A stretch of 38,846 bases of DNA. It comes from Cyanobacteriota bacterium (GTDB lineage Bacteria; Cyanobacteriota; Cyanobacteriia; Cyanobacteriales; Xenococcaceae). This document shows, one piece after another, positions 9,697 to 19,627 of the stretch. Below the pieces are notes generated by a model, which saw only the letters and a program-made list of their open reading frames with translations, was not told where the DNA came from and searched no databases. How positions within the stretch are numbered: position 1 is the first letter of the stretch; every line of letters starts with the position of its first letter. Location of the stretch: positions 1-38,846 of the forward strand of contig JBDKJC010000001.1 of NCBI GenBank assembly GCA_039796815.1, given 5' to 3'. Position numbers and translations under genes: made by a program.

Positions 9697-9884
9697 CTAT
9701 ATCTAGTTCAAGAATTGATAGTCTCTCTCAAGTTCTAGATCTTTGCTTTTAGCTACTTTTATGGCAACGCGGATGCAGTTTGATTGCTAATAAGTAATTA
9801 CGAGAAAAAGGATTACTCAAAGGGCATAAGCGACAACGCACCGATTCTACACATATTTTGGCAGCAATTCGCCCCCTTAATCGA

Positions 9885-12800
9885 CTAGAAACTTTTGGGA
9901 ACAAACTTCATTGGACTATTGAGATAGCAAATTAGTACTTTTTGTATTAGATTCAGATCCAAAGTCGAGGGAAATAATCCTCGAATTACATCCCTTCCTA
10001 GATCTACTAATCCCCTCAACAGAGTCAGTGATGATTGCATCTTCTCTATAACCCAAGGCGTATTGCTTTGGGCCATATCAATCCCCTGCTGTTTATTAGG
10101 AATATTATTATTACCACTGGGGGTTGATATGGCTTCAGTCGGAGAACCAATGCCATATTGAGTCGCCATCATAATTTGATGTAGGCGTTTCTCTGACTGG
10201 CGTTGTCGCTGCCGTTCCTCTTTAAGAATGCGCTGCTGCTGTCGATATTTTAAGACCTCGCGAGCAAAGATAAGTTCTTCAACTGCCAAGCTGTAATAAA
10301 GAATTTGTTGACCACTACTGCCTCTTTTACAAGATTTAGTTTTTAATCCCAGCTTGTTGAGTAACATTCCCAAAATCCAAGTAGGACTTGATTTTGTCGG
10401 AATCCAAAAACCTAAGACAGCTTGAATCTCTTGACGATACTTGCCAACTACTTCCGCCAACTTAATCACATCGGGATCGCTAACTGTGTACTCTTCACCC
10501 TCAAATAAACGCTCTAGGATTTGAGTAATGCCTAAAGAATGCCAAATAAACCATTGAGCGCAGAAATGTTGTCTATCGGGTAAGAAAGGCAGGTTATCTA
10601 ATTCCCACAGATCTTTGTCCATAACTAGCTTCGGCGGGATGGGAGTTCTTTGTTTGGTTTTGGGGTCTACTCTTTCCCCAGTCGGGGGAGACAGAACAGC
10701 TTCTAAAGTAATCAGTTGACTTAAGTAAGCCCCCTTACTATCCCGTTTGACTAAATCCTCGTTTATCTCAATTCCGTAGCTATCTTCAATTCTAAATCGC
10801 TCCATCGCGTACTTTTCTTCAGGAGTAAGATAGGGCTTATTCTTCAGTTGTAAATACTGTCTTTTGTCGATTGGCTGGGCGACAGTTACCTGCTTGATCT
10901 GGTGTTCGTTGACTTTCTGGGTGGCTGACTTAATTTGTGTTTTAGCCTCATCGTCAGTATCAGTTTCTACTACTGTTATCTGATAGCCCATTCTTGCCAG
11001 TAGCCGATGGAGATGGTCGCGTAAATTATTTAGCGAGCGATTGGATTGAGCTTCTATCTGACAGTAAAGTTCAAATGCCCAGTTGAGAATGGGGATATTT
11101 TTACCAGTATTGGGATCGATATTTAAAGCAAAATTGTTAAAGTCGCTTATCTGCCACTTCTTATCTCTGATAACTTGGGCATTAGTATCTTTGTAGCCAA
11201 AACTAGGCTTCGGGGCTACCCAAATATGGAGAGGTACGGCGTGGCGGTAACGGTGGAGGGCTTGAAGACAGTCCGTAGCTGTCAAAGCCACTGCGTTAAA
11301 GAAGCCATAGACTTCATCAAAATGGTTTCCTTGAATATCCACCCCCGTACAAAGACTGGGAGATGCCAGGAGAACATCAACATTTTTTACTGCCTCAGAG
11401 ATGTTGTTAATAAAGTGTTGATTCTCTTCACTACCACTATTGTCAGAATGAATCGACCAGATTACTTTTGAGTCACTTTTATCCTCCGAGTCAGTAACAA
11501 ATTTATCGCTTAAAACCTGCTCAATCTTCTCAATCGTACTTTTTGAGTCAGATACTGCCATAACCTTTTTACCCTGACTGATAGCAGTAGTAAGCTGGGC
11601 TAACTGAGCAGTATAGTCTTTACCCTCGTAATAAAACACTTCACGACTGGAGTGCTGGTAGTTATTTTGGATAATTAAAGGAGTTTCCCCCTCTTGACGC
11701 ATAGACAGGAAGAAATCGACAGTATAGTCATCGAGGTGGGCATCGGCAATAATTACCTGACGGGCTTTTTTAATAAAGTATTGGAGTTTAGAGATAATGT
11801 CCTGACGATGTAGTTTGCAGGTAGTAGCTATGAGAATGTGTCTTAGTACCTGACGGGCTTCATCAATAAAAATACAGTCATAGTTATTGCCTTCAGTTTT
11901 GAGTTTATGAAAACTATCGACGGTAATCGATAAAGCAGCTTCTCGCTCCATTTTGCCTGAGATCACGTCTGAATACATAGTTGTGTTCAGTTTGTTCGGC
12001 TGGGAAAGTTCCCGCAAGAGAGCGATACGGTGTCCGATGACCAGAAAACGTTCGTTTCTGTGAGCGATACGGTGTTCTTTGACCAGGGTAGTTTTCCCTG
12101 TAGCCATTTCCGATTTGATAGCGATTAGCCCAGGGCGGTCTAGATCAATTTCAACCGCATCGGTTAGATACTCAGTACAAATTGTATGAGGAGGAGCGTA
12201 TCTAATTAATTCTTCATCGTTAGGATTGGCGAACCATTTGTACTCTTCAATTGGATGAGCGTTAGTAATGATACGGCATAACTCTTGGGCTGCACTGTCT
12301 CCTCGTGCGCTCAGGAAGTCATCTACTCCTTTCTCCTGTCCTGGCAACAGGGCTACCTTACAGATAGCTCCAGTGGCTTCAATCGCTTTACCAGTGGCGA
12401 GAGTAGCCTTATAAACTGCCTCGCGAGTTGACTGTTTCTGGTCGTAGTCAAAGAGGATGATAAAGGTACGTCCCGCCCCAGCCAGGTGCATGAGGTCGTG
12501 GTGCAGCTTCTGCTCTGGGTCTGTTTCTTTGGAGTTGCGACCGCTCCAGATGCCAGGGAGGGAGATAGCAGCATAACCTTGAGAGAGGACTGCCCCAGCT
12601 TTTTTCTCCCCTTCAGTGAGGATGATGGGAATCTCAGGATGATTCTTGACCCACTCCCAGAAGTTAACGGGATGTTTCCTAGCAGTCAGACGCAGAGCTA
12701 GGGGAGAGTGATAGAGTTTAACACCGTAACGAGATGCTATTTCCCTCCAGAGGTGAAGGGGGACGCGATAATAAGTAACTCGGTTAGAAGCTGGTTTGGG

Positions 12801-13166
12801 AGGAGATTCATACTTGATCGGTTTTCCATTGCCGTCGGTACGGGGAAAGTCTGGTTTAAAACGACCCCAGACCATGACTTCGATCCAATTGGTGTCAGGA
12901 TCTAGTCCGACAAAATACCAGCCTCCATGTTCGAGATGCTGATACTTTCTTAGTACACTGTCGCGCACTCTACCGTCATTACGACGGTTCTCTGGAGTCA
13001 GAGCGTATAAGAGTCGCTCGTGAGGTTCGTATCCAGCCAGAGAGATTATGTTTTCTCGAATTAACTGCTCGTCAACCGAGCTTGCTCGCCATTCTTCATG
13101 ATGGTGCTTGTCAAGCAGGATCGCTCGTGAGGTTTCGCGGTGGGAATTATCGCCTCTATAGGTCAC
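9885..13166 (-). CDS. Plasmid replication initiator, CyRepA1 family (DUF3854 primase-like domain plus helicase)
   Basis: 'PIKYESPPK', Toprim-like 'ILTEGEKKA' and 'ILFDYD', 'KGVDDF', Walker A 'SEMATGKTT', Walker B 'FIDEARQ' and 'QALHRYR'. 1093 aa. Confidence 0.88.
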   Translation of the reverse strand: MTYRGDNSHRETSRAILLDKHHHEEWRASSVDEQLIRENIISLAGYEPHERLLYALTPENRRNDGRVRDSVLRKYQHLEHGGWYFVGLDPDTNWIEVMVWGRFKPDFPRTDGNGKPIKYESPPKPASNRVTYYRVPLHLWREIASRYGVKLYHSPLALRLTARKHPVNFWEWVKNHPEIPIILTEGEKKAGAVLSQGYAAISLPGIWSGRNSKETDPEQKLHHDLMHLAGAGRTFIILFDYDQKQSTREAVYKATLATGKAIEATGAICKVALLPGQEKGVDDFLSARGDSAAQELCRIITNAHPIEEYKWFANPNDEELIRYAPPHTICTEYLTDAVEIDLDRPGLIAIKSEMATGKTTLVKEHRIAHRNERFLVIGHRIALLRELSQPNKLNTTMYSDVISGKMEREAALSITVDSFHKLKTEGNNYDCIFIDEARQVLRHILIATTCKLHRQDIISKLQYFIKKARQVIIADAHLDDYTVDFFLSMRQEGETPLIIQNNYQHSSREVFYYEGKDYTAQLAQLTTAISQGKKVMAVSDSKSTIEKIEQVLSDKFVTDSEDKSDSKVIWSIHSDNSGSEENQHFINNISEAVKNVDVLLASPSLCTGVDIQGNHFDEVYGFFNAVALTATDCLQALHRYRHAVPLHIWVAPKPSFGYKDTNAQVIRDKKWQISDFNNFALNIDPNTGKNIPILNWAFELYCQIEAQSNRSLNNLRDHLHRLLARMGYQITVVETDTDDEAKTQIKSATQKVNEHQIKQVTVAQPIDKRQYLQLKNKPYLTPEEKYAMERFRIEDSYGIEINEDLVKRDSKGAYLSQLITLEAVLSPPTGERVDPKTKQRTPIPPKLVMDKDLWELDNLPFLPDRQHFCAQWFIWHSLGITQILERLFEGEEYTVSDPDVIKLAEVVGKYRQEIQAVLGFWIPTKSSPTWILGMLLNKLGLKTKSCKRGSSGQQILYYSLAVEELIFAREVLKYRQQQRILKEERQRQRQSEKRLHQIMMATQYGIGSPTEAISTPSGNNNIPNKQQGIDMAQSNTPWVIEKMQSSLTLLRGLVDLGRDVIRGLFPSTLDLNLIQKVLICYLNSPMKFVPKSF

Positions 13167-13642
13167 GGTTCTATTTTCAATTACAAAGTTTGCAAAAGAT
13201 GAAGTGATGAACCGTATTTGATGTACCTTGTGCTAACCTGTTCTATAATATGAACAAGCACAAGGAACTGTTACGCCCAAGTCGTCTATCCTTAACAGGA
13301 AAAACGCTCTTATTGCGCAAACGGATTGTGTTTTAAATCAAAAGTCAAAATCCCCTAGATCCCGACAATCGATTCCCAACAACAATTGGATAAATATAAT
13401 GACTAATTGTGGGAATTCACTTCGCTTTATACTCCATCGCACCTGATCTAAGCCGTCAAACTTTACAGGTGTGATGTGATGTATAGGCAAGAGAACTCGA
13501 AAAAGCTGTTACATTTCTCTCATCCTAAATCACTTCAGTTCTTGGATAGATTATCTAACATAAACGGGTAAATAGCTTACTTTCTTGCTATTTCTTAAAA
13601 GGTCTTAATCATTCTCTAGCACAATCGTGCTAGAGAAATTTG
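13167..13642. promoter_or_regulatory. Structured rep leader / replication control region
   Basis: Hairpins at 13226-13265, 13371-13418 and 13428-13485. Two perfect plus-strand TATAAT boxes at 13244 and 13395. Confidence 0.5.
13612..13637. terminator. Perfect hairpin directly after the recombinase stop codon
   Basis: TTCTCTAGCAC-AATC-GTGCTAGAGAA (11 bp stem, 4 nt loop). Confidence 0.6.
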
Positions 13643-14290
13643 TTATTTAGAGATATTTTTCGGTGCGGGGGTCTGTTTGATGGGGGTGTCGTTAAACACC
13701 GATTTCTTGACAGGTGATAGCATTGACAGGGCTGAGACGGCTCCCCTTACCTGTTCTGGATTGACCTCTAAGTATTTTTGTAGTTCTTGTAGACTCTTGT
13801 GACCGCTGACTTCTTGTATTATGCGCAGCGGAATTCCTTCATTGCTCATCAAGGTTAACGCAGTTCTCCTAAAACTGTGGGTACTTACTCCTTGGACTCC
13901 TACTTTATTACAAGCTTTGCGTAAAACTCTACTAGCTGAATCAGGACATAGATGTCCCGTTTGCCCTACCCCTGGAAAAAAGAACCAAGTTCGGGGGGAT
14001 GGATAATAGTTAAGCAGCATTAACCTTAAATCTTCGATTACGGGTATACAGCGCGTGGCTAATTTGCCTTTGGTGTTTCCCTTACGGAAGATAATTTCGG
14101 GTCGGACTTGTCCCAAACGGTAGTAGACATCGGTAGTTCTGAGGGTGACGCATTCGTTGATGCGACAGGCGGTGTAGAGGCAAATGGCGAAGATGGCGCG
14201 ATCGCGATCTGAATTGAGTCCTTCGTAGAATACGAGGTTAATTTCATCGGTAGTGAGTATTTTTGCCTTTCCATGCCGATCTACCTTCAT
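13643..14290 (-). CDS. Tyrosine recombinase (XerC/D-like, catalytic domain only); probable plasmid multimer resolvase
   Basis: Catalytic motifs 'TACRINE', 'NTKGK', 'STHSFRRT', 'SGHKSL' and 'QKYL'. Confidence 0.92.
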   Translation of the reverse strand: MKVDRHGKAKILTTDEINLVFYEGLNSDRDRAIFAICLYTACRINECVTLRTTDVYYRLGQVRPEIIFRKGNTKGKLATRCIPVIEDLRLMLLNYYPSPRTWFFFPGVGQTGHLCPDSASRVLRKACNKVGVQGVSTHSFRRTALTLMSNEGIPLRIIQEVSGHKSLQELQKYLEVNPEQVRGAVSALSMLSPVKKSVFNDTPIKQTPAPKNISK

Positions 14291-14464
14291 CCTTCTCGCG
14301 CTAGTTGACTCAATAAAACTATCCTATCGGAGTTGGTGACAATCGCGGTCAAGACCTTGGAAAAAGCAATATTCTCTGACTTTGTTTTAATCGTTGTCTT
14401 TTCGTTAGTATGTTGTGACTATCTGTGTTGTGCGAAGCGCAAAGGTAAGCGGAAGCCAACTACC

Positions 14465-17400
14465 TTAATAACTCAAACCTCCTCTATCAATTTGACGACT
14501 GGAGTGCGATCGCTCAATCTGCTGTTTCAAATGACGAGCAGAGTCACAAATTATTCTCTTATCTTCATTCGTCAAATTAAACTGACTGGCTTTAATAATT
14601 CCCCCACTGTCTCGACCATCTATTGCTTGCATTAGCAGCTCGTCACGGGATTTATGAGTAATAACAATCTTCTGCTCTTGCTGCTCGATACGATAGGATT
14701 TGCCTTGATAATAACGTCCATTTGCCCCTTCAGTTCCTTGCTCGGCCACAATATAGCTAGCCGCAGCAAAGAGCGCATACACATCTTTTAATCGCTCTAC
14801 TCGCGCACGAATCTGCGGGTTGGAGAAATCTTTTTCTAATTGCCTCATCTGTTTAGTTGATTTCTCTTCGTCCCAAGCAAAATAAGCTCTGGCTTGTTGT
14901 TGCCATCGTTGGAAATCAGGCAAAACATATTTTAGTTGGCTTTCGGTATGATAAATTTCCGAACGGGTTCTCTCGATCTCTAATTGCTTATCTTCAATTA
15001 CATCGGCACTAACTCCAAAAGGATTAAATAAAGAGCGAGGGTTGCCTAATTTTTCTAGTTCTAGCTTTTGTAATTTCAGTTGCTTGTCTAGTTGGGTTTT
15101 TTCTTGATTTAATCGCTCAATTTGTTGATGTTTGCTTTGACCATAATGACCATTAGGTTTATTTGGACTGTCTTTTTGCCATTGCGATAGGCGATTAAGT
15201 AAATTAACTAATTCTGCATCGTCTAAGTGATTTAGCTGGTTAGTCGGTTCAGGTTCGGTTTTGGTTGTTTGTTGCCGATTTAACTCTTGGCTTTTCTCTT
15301 GATTTTTTGGCGGCTCTGAAGACTGTGCTAACTCATGGGCATTTTCGTTTTTTCGGCTCAGTTGAATAGTTACCCCTAAATCAATAGCATTCTTGGTATA
15401 GACTAAAAATTCCTGTTTAGCTCGACTTGCTGCTACATAAAAACTTTCTCTACCAATCGTTTTGCTCTTGGCACTCGCTGCTGAATAGATACAATAGTCG
15501 GCTGTCTGTCCCTGACTACTATGTACTGTATCCACATAACTGTAATCGCTATGAAGTAATCGAGCTACTGAAATATTTTGAGTTTTACCAAGGCTGGTTA
15601 TTTCTATTTGACCATCTGGAGTTATGCCCCTAACTGTAAAGCGCTGTCCATTTAGTTGCTTATGGTCGGAGTCACGGATATTTTTAGTAAAACGCATCCG
15701 CTCGCCAGAACGAATTTCTAACTGTTGTAGTTGATATACTTCTCTTTGTTTGTAGCGATCGAGTGAAAGAGTTTCAGTAAGTCCTACTGTATCTATTAAA
15801 GTAGCAGTTTGGGTTTGGGGATCGACGGAGGTGACGCGATAATATGAGTTTTTACTAAATCGAGCCGAGTCGGTTTGAAACTTGATTACATCTCCCCGTT
15901 GATAATGATGAGCCTGAGTAATAGCGAACTTATCTAGGTTTTTGCGTCGTAGAGTCGAAATTTTTCGACTTCGATCGCCCAATGTTTTCTCCGCCATTAA
16001 ACCCTGACGTACCGAAGAGGCGATCGCCTGTTTATCGGCATTCGTACCAGCTAGAATCAAGGTTTTATGACGAACGTCAATAGGGCGACTGAGATACTCG
16101 AAAGCGATCGCCTCTATACGCGGTTCATCATTGACAATTTGCTTGATTTTCCCCTGCTCGTTAAGTTTTTGATAGGCAGTGTTAATACTATTAGGATCTA
16201 AATCGCCCAAAGCGATCGCCTCTACTACCTGTTTGAGTTGGGGATCTCTTTGTCTGAGGTTTTGGTCAATAATAGCAACGGATAAACCAGCTTCTTGTAG
16301 TAGTTTAAAAGGTGCGCCCGCATCTACTGCTGACAACTGCTTGGTATCTCCTACTAAAATTACTCGATTATTAAGACCCGCCGCTTTTTCTAGTAGTTTT
16401 TCCATCTCAAGAGTAGATAGCATGGATGCTTCGTCCACCAAGATTATTTCCTGTTGGGGAAGTTGCTGGTCATTTGTCAGGAGATAGCTAGCCAGGGTTT
16501 GGGAAGTTATACCGCTTTCGTTCTGTAGCAGATTAGCAGCAGCAGCAGATGGGGCTAGTCCTCTGATGGGTTGCTTATCACCTACCGCCTCAGAAAAAGC
16601 TTTCATCGTGTAGGTTTTACCCGCACCAGCATTACCCTGAATCAAAACCACAGTATCTCGGCTGGTAACCATCTGTTTTAAAGCAGCAGATTGACCCTGG
16701 TTGAGAGAGCGTGAAGCAGCGATCGCTTCTGCTTGTGACTGACTAGATAAAGAAATTTGACTGTTTCTTCCAGATAACGCCAACTGGACAATTTTCTGCT
16801 CTCGACTAAGTGTTTCTGTTGTGGTTAATCGTCCGTCACGAGTCGGAATAAATTCTTGATAGAGATCGATTTGGGTTTGAATTTTAACTGGGTCATATCT
16901 CCCCTGGCTCTGGCGCAGACATTCCCTTAATAATTCATGGGGTAAAAAGGCAGTAGAGCGTTCTGTCAGAACGAATGTCGCGTTATCAATCAGTTCTTTT
17001 ATACTGTTTTCAGGGTTTTGGTTATTCGGGGTTTGCTCAAATAAATTGCGATGATATTCAGTTGGTATATTCAGCTCAATCCCATTTTCTCTTGCTCTAC
17101 TTTGCCACTCTAATAGTTGTTGCTGACGGTCTTGTGGGTGTGACAAGTGCTTTTTTTCAGGGCGCGTCTTGAGACAAACTGCCTGCTTTTGTTCTGCTGT
17201 AGCAGTAGCGCGAGTCAATCCCCTGCTTGATAATTCTGCTTCTATTTGATTGCTACGACTAGAAAATACTGCATCTAACCTTTCTTTATCTACGCCAGCT
17301 AATTCAAAGGTATGGTCACTCGTCCACTCAACTCGATAACCGAGTTGCTGTATGTGACGAGCAAGTTCGTGGTCATAATAAGCACCGATAGTTTTCTGCT

Positions 17401-17962
17401 GTTTGTAGAGTTCCTTATTAGCAACGGCGCGCCATTTTAGGTCGGGGCATTGGGTCTGATTAAGAACTACACAATGACTGTGAAGCTGTGGGTCTTTGTT
17501 GCGATTATCGTCGTGGTGAAAGACGGCTATCTGGGCAGATTTACTTTGTAATAGAAGTTTTTGACCGCGCTGTTTGGTTTGATAAAAGATGCAGTTATTT
17601 TCGGCATATTTCATCGTGGCACTAACGGCAGCTTTATGTGCTTTTAATATGTCTTGATTTTCATAAACTAGAGCAGCAACACTAACACTTTTGGGAGCAG
17701 ATAAGGTGACATCTGTACCAGGACGATTGTAGCGACGACTCGATTTTTGATATTGCTGTTGTTTTCGTAAAGGATTCCCGTTGGGGTCTAGTGAAGAATA
17801 TGCGTTCTGAAAATCACGTTCTTTTATTTGACCGCTAAGTCCCTGATTTTTGGCAGCGAGTCCCAACCATTTTGAATTAGTAAAACTCTCGCTCTTTGTA
17901 TAGTAATTTTCTTGAGCGTAGTCTTGAGGATTTGTATAGCACCTGCCAATACTGGCTACCAT
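14465..17962 (-). CDS. mobF: MOBF (TrwC/TraI-like) relaxase-helicase
   Basis: 'ENYY', 'DVTLSAPKSVS', HUH region 'HDDNRNKDPQLHSHCVV', and helicase motifs 'GNAGAGKT', 'VDEASM', 'VGDTKQL', 'HSSQGQT' and 'YVAASRA'. Confidence 0.93.
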   Translation of the reverse strand: MVASIGRCYTNPQDYAQENYYTKSESFTNSKWLGLAAKNQGLSGQIKERDFQNAYSSLDPNGNPLRKQQQYQKSSRRYNRPGTDVTLSAPKSVSVAALVYENQDILKAHKAAVSATMKYAENNCIFYQTKQRGQKLLLQSKSAQIAVFHHDDNRNKDPQLHSHCVVLNQTQCPDLKWRAVANKELYKQQKTIGAYYDHELARHIQQLGYRVEWTSDHTFELAGVDKERLDAVFSSRSNQIEAELSSRGLTRATATAEQKQAVCLKTRPEKKHLSHPQDRQQQLLEWQSRARENGIELNIPTEYHRNLFEQTPNNQNPENSIKELIDNATFVLTERSTAFLPHELLRECLRQSQGRYDPVKIQTQIDLYQEFIPTRDGRLTTTETLSREQKIVQLALSGRNSQISLSSQSQAEAIAASRSLNQGQSAALKQMVTSRDTVVLIQGNAGAGKTYTMKAFSEAVGDKQPIRGLAPSAAAANLLQNESGITSQTLASYLLTNDQQLPQQEIILVDEASMLSTLEMEKLLEKAAGLNNRVILVGDTKQLSAVDAGAPFKLLQEAGLSVAIIDQNLRQRDPQLKQVVEAIALGDLDPNSINTAYQKLNEQGKIKQIVNDEPRIEAIAFEYLSRPIDVRHKTLILAGTNADKQAIASSVRQGLMAEKTLGDRSRKISTLRRKNLDKFAITQAHHYQRGDVIKFQTDSARFSKNSYYRVTSVDPQTQTATLIDTVGLTETLSLDRYKQREVYQLQQLEIRSGERMRFTKNIRDSDHKQLNGQRFTVRGITPDGQIEITSLGKTQNISVARLLHSDYSYVDTVHSSQGQTADYCIYSAASAKSKTIGRESFYVAASRAKQEFLVYTKNAIDLGVTIQLSRKNENAHELAQSSEPPKNQEKSQELNRQQTTKTEPEPTNQLNHLDDAELVNLLNRLSQWQKDSPNKPNGHYGQSKHQQIERLNQEKTQLDKQLKLQKLELEKLGNPRSLFNPFGVSADVIEDKQLEIERTRSEIYHTESQLKYVLPDFQRWQQQARAYFAWDEEKSTKQMRQLEKDFSNPQIRARVERLKDVYALFAAASYIVAEQGTEGANGRYYQGKSYRIEQQEQKIVITHKSRDELLMQAIDGRDSGGIIKASQFNLTNEDKRIICDSARHLKQQIERSHSSRQIDRGGLSY

Positions 17963-18170
17963 TTACAGAAGATTTATTATTTAAGGATTTTGTTTAATTC
18001 ATCGTATCCTAAATAGGTACATAATGTGTGATAGTTATGACGAAGATTTTAGGAGATATAAAATGGTTATGCTGCCCTACCGCCTGGAGCGGTAAATAAT
18101 AGATTTTTCTTGGTTATAAAAAAACTGCTATTAAAGATATGATGGAATGGAGCTGAGTTGAAAAAGACAG
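17963..18170. promoter_or_regulatory. Candidate oriT / divergent promoter region
   Basis: AT-rich gap between the relaxase and a divergent small gene, with a GC-rich hairpin TACCGC-CTGGA-GCGGTA at 18078-18094. Confidence 0.4.
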
Positions 18171-18443
18171 ATGGATACAAATATTTCTCCAGTTGAATTA
18201 GCCATCCAAAAAAAATTACAGAAGCTCCAGCCCAAGACCAAAAAGCCAGGATTTTTGCGCTCGGTAATAGAACGACAGTCAGTAAGAATTGATTCCGCGT
18301 TGGTGATGGGTTATAGCTATGATGAGGTAGCTTCTGTGTTTAGCGAGCAGGGAATTAAATGTAAGGGTTCGACTTTGAAGAAATATCATCTTGAGGCGAA
18401 GAAGAAAGGGCTCGATCATTCTGCTATTCCTGAGTTGCCGTAA
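18171..18443 (+). CDS. Small DNA-binding protein, StbA/TraK-like mobilization or stability accessory
   Basis: 'IDSALVMGYSYDEVASVFSEQGIKCKGSTLKKY' HTH-like pattern; divergent from the relaxase. Confidence 0.5.
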   Translation: MDTNISPVELAIQKKLQKLQPKTKKPGFLRSVIERQSVRIDSALVMGYSYDEVASVFSEQGIKCKGSTLKKYHLEAKKKGLDHSAIPELP

Positions 18444-18482
18444 AATAAAGAAAAATACGTTAATTTAAGAGGTAAAGTCTTC

Positions 18483-18734
18483 ATGACAACTGTTTCAATC
18501 CAGTTACCAGAAACTGTATTTTCTGCTTTGCGGAAAAATCCTCAAGAATTTGTTCAAGAAATGAGAATTGCCGCAGCAGTCAAATGGTATGAATTAGGTG
18601 AAATCTCACAAGGAAAGGCAGCGGAAATAGCAGGAGTCACTCGTTCGGAATTTATTCAGGATTTGTCTCGCTATCAAGTTTCCTTTATGCAGTACACCAG
18701 CCAAGAGTTAGCTGAGGAATTAGAAGAGTGTTAA
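18483..18734 (+). CDS. UPF0175 family protein (putative antitoxin)
   Basis: 'AVKWYELGEISQGKAAEIAGVTRSEF'; overlaps the downstream gene. Confidence 0.88.
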   Translation: MTTVSIQLPETVFSALRKNPQEFVQEMRIAAAVKWYELGEISQGKAAEIAGVTRSEFIQDLSRYQVSFMQYTSQELAEELEEC

Positions 18735-19216
18735 TTGAGCGAGTGAGCATCAATGCTTCACCTCTAATTGTTCTTTTTAAAAGTCAACAAGCTGAGCTAT
18801 TACCACAATTATTTGAAGAAATTTTGGTGCCTGATGCTGTGTGGTCAGAAGTCACAGCATCAGGACAAGACGATGTAGCTTCTCGACAGTTACCTACAAG
18901 AACTTGGGCGCGAAAAACTGAAGTTGGATTAATTTCACCACAAATAACGACCTGGGATTTAGGTAAAGGAGAATCGGCAGTTATTAGCTTGGCTCTTTCT
19001 ACTCCAGATTGTAGAGCAATTATTGACGATAGAGCAGCGCGACGGTGCGCTCAAGCTCTAGGCATTGCTACTCTTGGAACTGGAGCTATACTAATTTTAG
19101 CCAAACGACGCGGACTGATTTCTGCTGTATCTCCTAGAATTCAAGCTTTACGCGATGCAGGCTTATGGTTATCTGAGGAATTAGTGAATTTGCTCAAGCA
19201 ACAAGCAGGAGAATAA
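18728..19216 (+). CDS. DUF3368 PIN-like protein (putative toxin)
   Basis: 'INASPLI', 'LGKGESAVI', 'IIDDRAARRCA', 'GTGAILILAKRRGLI' and 'LRDAGLWLS'. Confidence 0.88.
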   Translation: MLIERVSINASPLIVLFKSQQAELLPQLFEEILVPDAVWSEVTASGQDDVASRQLPTRTWARKTEVGLISPQITTWDLGKGESAVISLALSTPDCRAIIDDRAARRCAQALGIATLGTGAILILAKRRGLISAVSPRIQALRDAGLWLSEELVNLLKQQAGE

Positions 19217-19473
19217 AAATAGATATTCCTGAAGCAATAGGACAACAATTAACAGCCCAGTGGGGAAATATATCTCAAAGAGCTAAGGAAGCTTTAGCTG
19301 TAGAAGCGTATCGTACTGGCTCTCTCACTTCAGTTCAAGTTCAAAGTTTACTCGATTTATCTGATCGTTGGGAAGTTGAAGAGTTTTTGAAAAAGTCACA
19401 AGCTTACCTAAATTACACGGAGTCAGATTTAGAACAAGACAAGCAAACGCTGAATAATCTTTTGCCCGAATAA
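19213..19473 (+). pseudogene. Second UPF0175 family gene lacking a canonical start codon
   Basis: Open frame 'IKIDIPEAIGQQLTAQWGNISQRAKEALAVEAYRTGSLTSVQVQSLLDLSDRWEVEEFLKKSQAYLNYTESDLEQD...' to TAA at 19473; missed by the ORF track. Confidence 0.75.
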
Positions 19474-19544
19474 TTGTTATAGCAGATACATCTGTACTGT
19501 GCCATGTAATATTCATCGAACAAGTTGAGCTATTACCCCCATAG
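19470..19544 (+). pseudogene. Remnant of a second DUF3368 gene
   Basis: '(I)IVIADTSVLCHVIFIEQVELLPP*' matches the DUF3368 N-terminus. ATA sits in place of ATG and the rest is lost. Confidence 0.65.
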
Positions 19545-19627
19545 TTAACCTAAATCAAGAAAGCGAAAAAATTATGAAATCAAAGTTTTTTTGCTAAGAT
19601 TGCTATTCATTTAGGACTATTTATCAC

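Noticed and set aside
14333-14635. 100 aa plus-strand ORF and other short ORFs overlapping rep, relaxase, tnpA and the regulator
   Set aside because: They overlap well-supported genes and have no recognisable motifs.
19325-19516. 63 aa minus-strand ORF
   Set aside because: It is antisense to the startless UPF0175/DUF3368 remnants, which explain the region better.
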